NCBI RefSeq assembly: GCF_035084215.1
Contig: NC_090363.1
Coordinates: 3,224,001-3,288,000, forward strand
From: Heptranchias perlo
Lineage: Eukaryota
Length of the DNA: 64,000 nucleotides
Direction: 5' to 3'
The notes beneath the pieces were generated by a model. It did no database searches and had not been told where the DNA came from. It was given only the letters and a program-made list of their open reading frames with translations. This document shows positions 63,715 to 64,000 of this stretch, one piece after another (the first letter of the stretch is position 1; each line of letters opens with the position of its first letter). The position numbers and the translations under genes are program-made.

Positions 63715-64000
63715 CAAATATTTGATCTTGGGATTTGGGCAACGCTGGCAATGCTGCATTTATTGGCCATCCTTAGTTTCCCAAAGAAGCTGCTGATGGG
63801 TAATCTCCTTGAACCAGTGCAGCCCTTGTGCTGATGGTGCCCCCACCATGTTGTTAGATAGGGAATTCCAGGATATTGACCCTGCTAAAATGAAGGAACG
63901 TTGGTACATATCCAAGTCAAGATGATGTGTGAGTTGGAGGGAAACTTTGAGGTAATTGGTGTTCCTTTGAACTTGTTGCCCCTGACTTTCTTGGTGGTCG
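63715..64000 (-). mobile_element. Diverged 3' end of the LINE family seen at 520-800
   Basis: Colinear with 525-800 (catttattg.ccatcc...gggaattccagga...gatgaaggaacg). Confidence 0.75.

Overview
Eukaryotic, repeat-dense vertebrate DNA. The repeat repertoire (CR1 LINEs, Penelope-like elements, DeuSINE-like SINEs, a 63-bp minisatellite) points to a cartilaginous fish (shark/ray), which is an inference. Two + strand genes can be assembled with canonical GT-AG junctions and consistent phases. (1) The last six coding exons of PPT2, palmitoyl-protein thioesterase 2 (3241-26901; 5' exons lie outside the window). (2) A butyrophilin-family gene with a putative 5'UTR exon, signal peptide, IgV, IgC, TM and three juxtamembrane mini-exons (about 33450-61916; the expected B30.2 exon would lie beyond the window). 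The rest is nested non-LTR retrotransposons, SINEs, MITEs, a solo LTR and GC-rich minisatellites; most long ORFs in the track are LINE pieces or repeat artefacts. Most notable non-gene signals: a dense array of about 18 CTCF-like sites, many with the upstream motif at a fixed 8-nt spacing, at the PPT2/butyrophilin junction; many minimal hammerhead-ribozyme motifs in Penelope-type inverted repeats; an ETS-IRF/ISRE promoter for the butyrophilin; and two locally templated insertions. Coordinates were counted by hand, so repeat boundaries are approximate.
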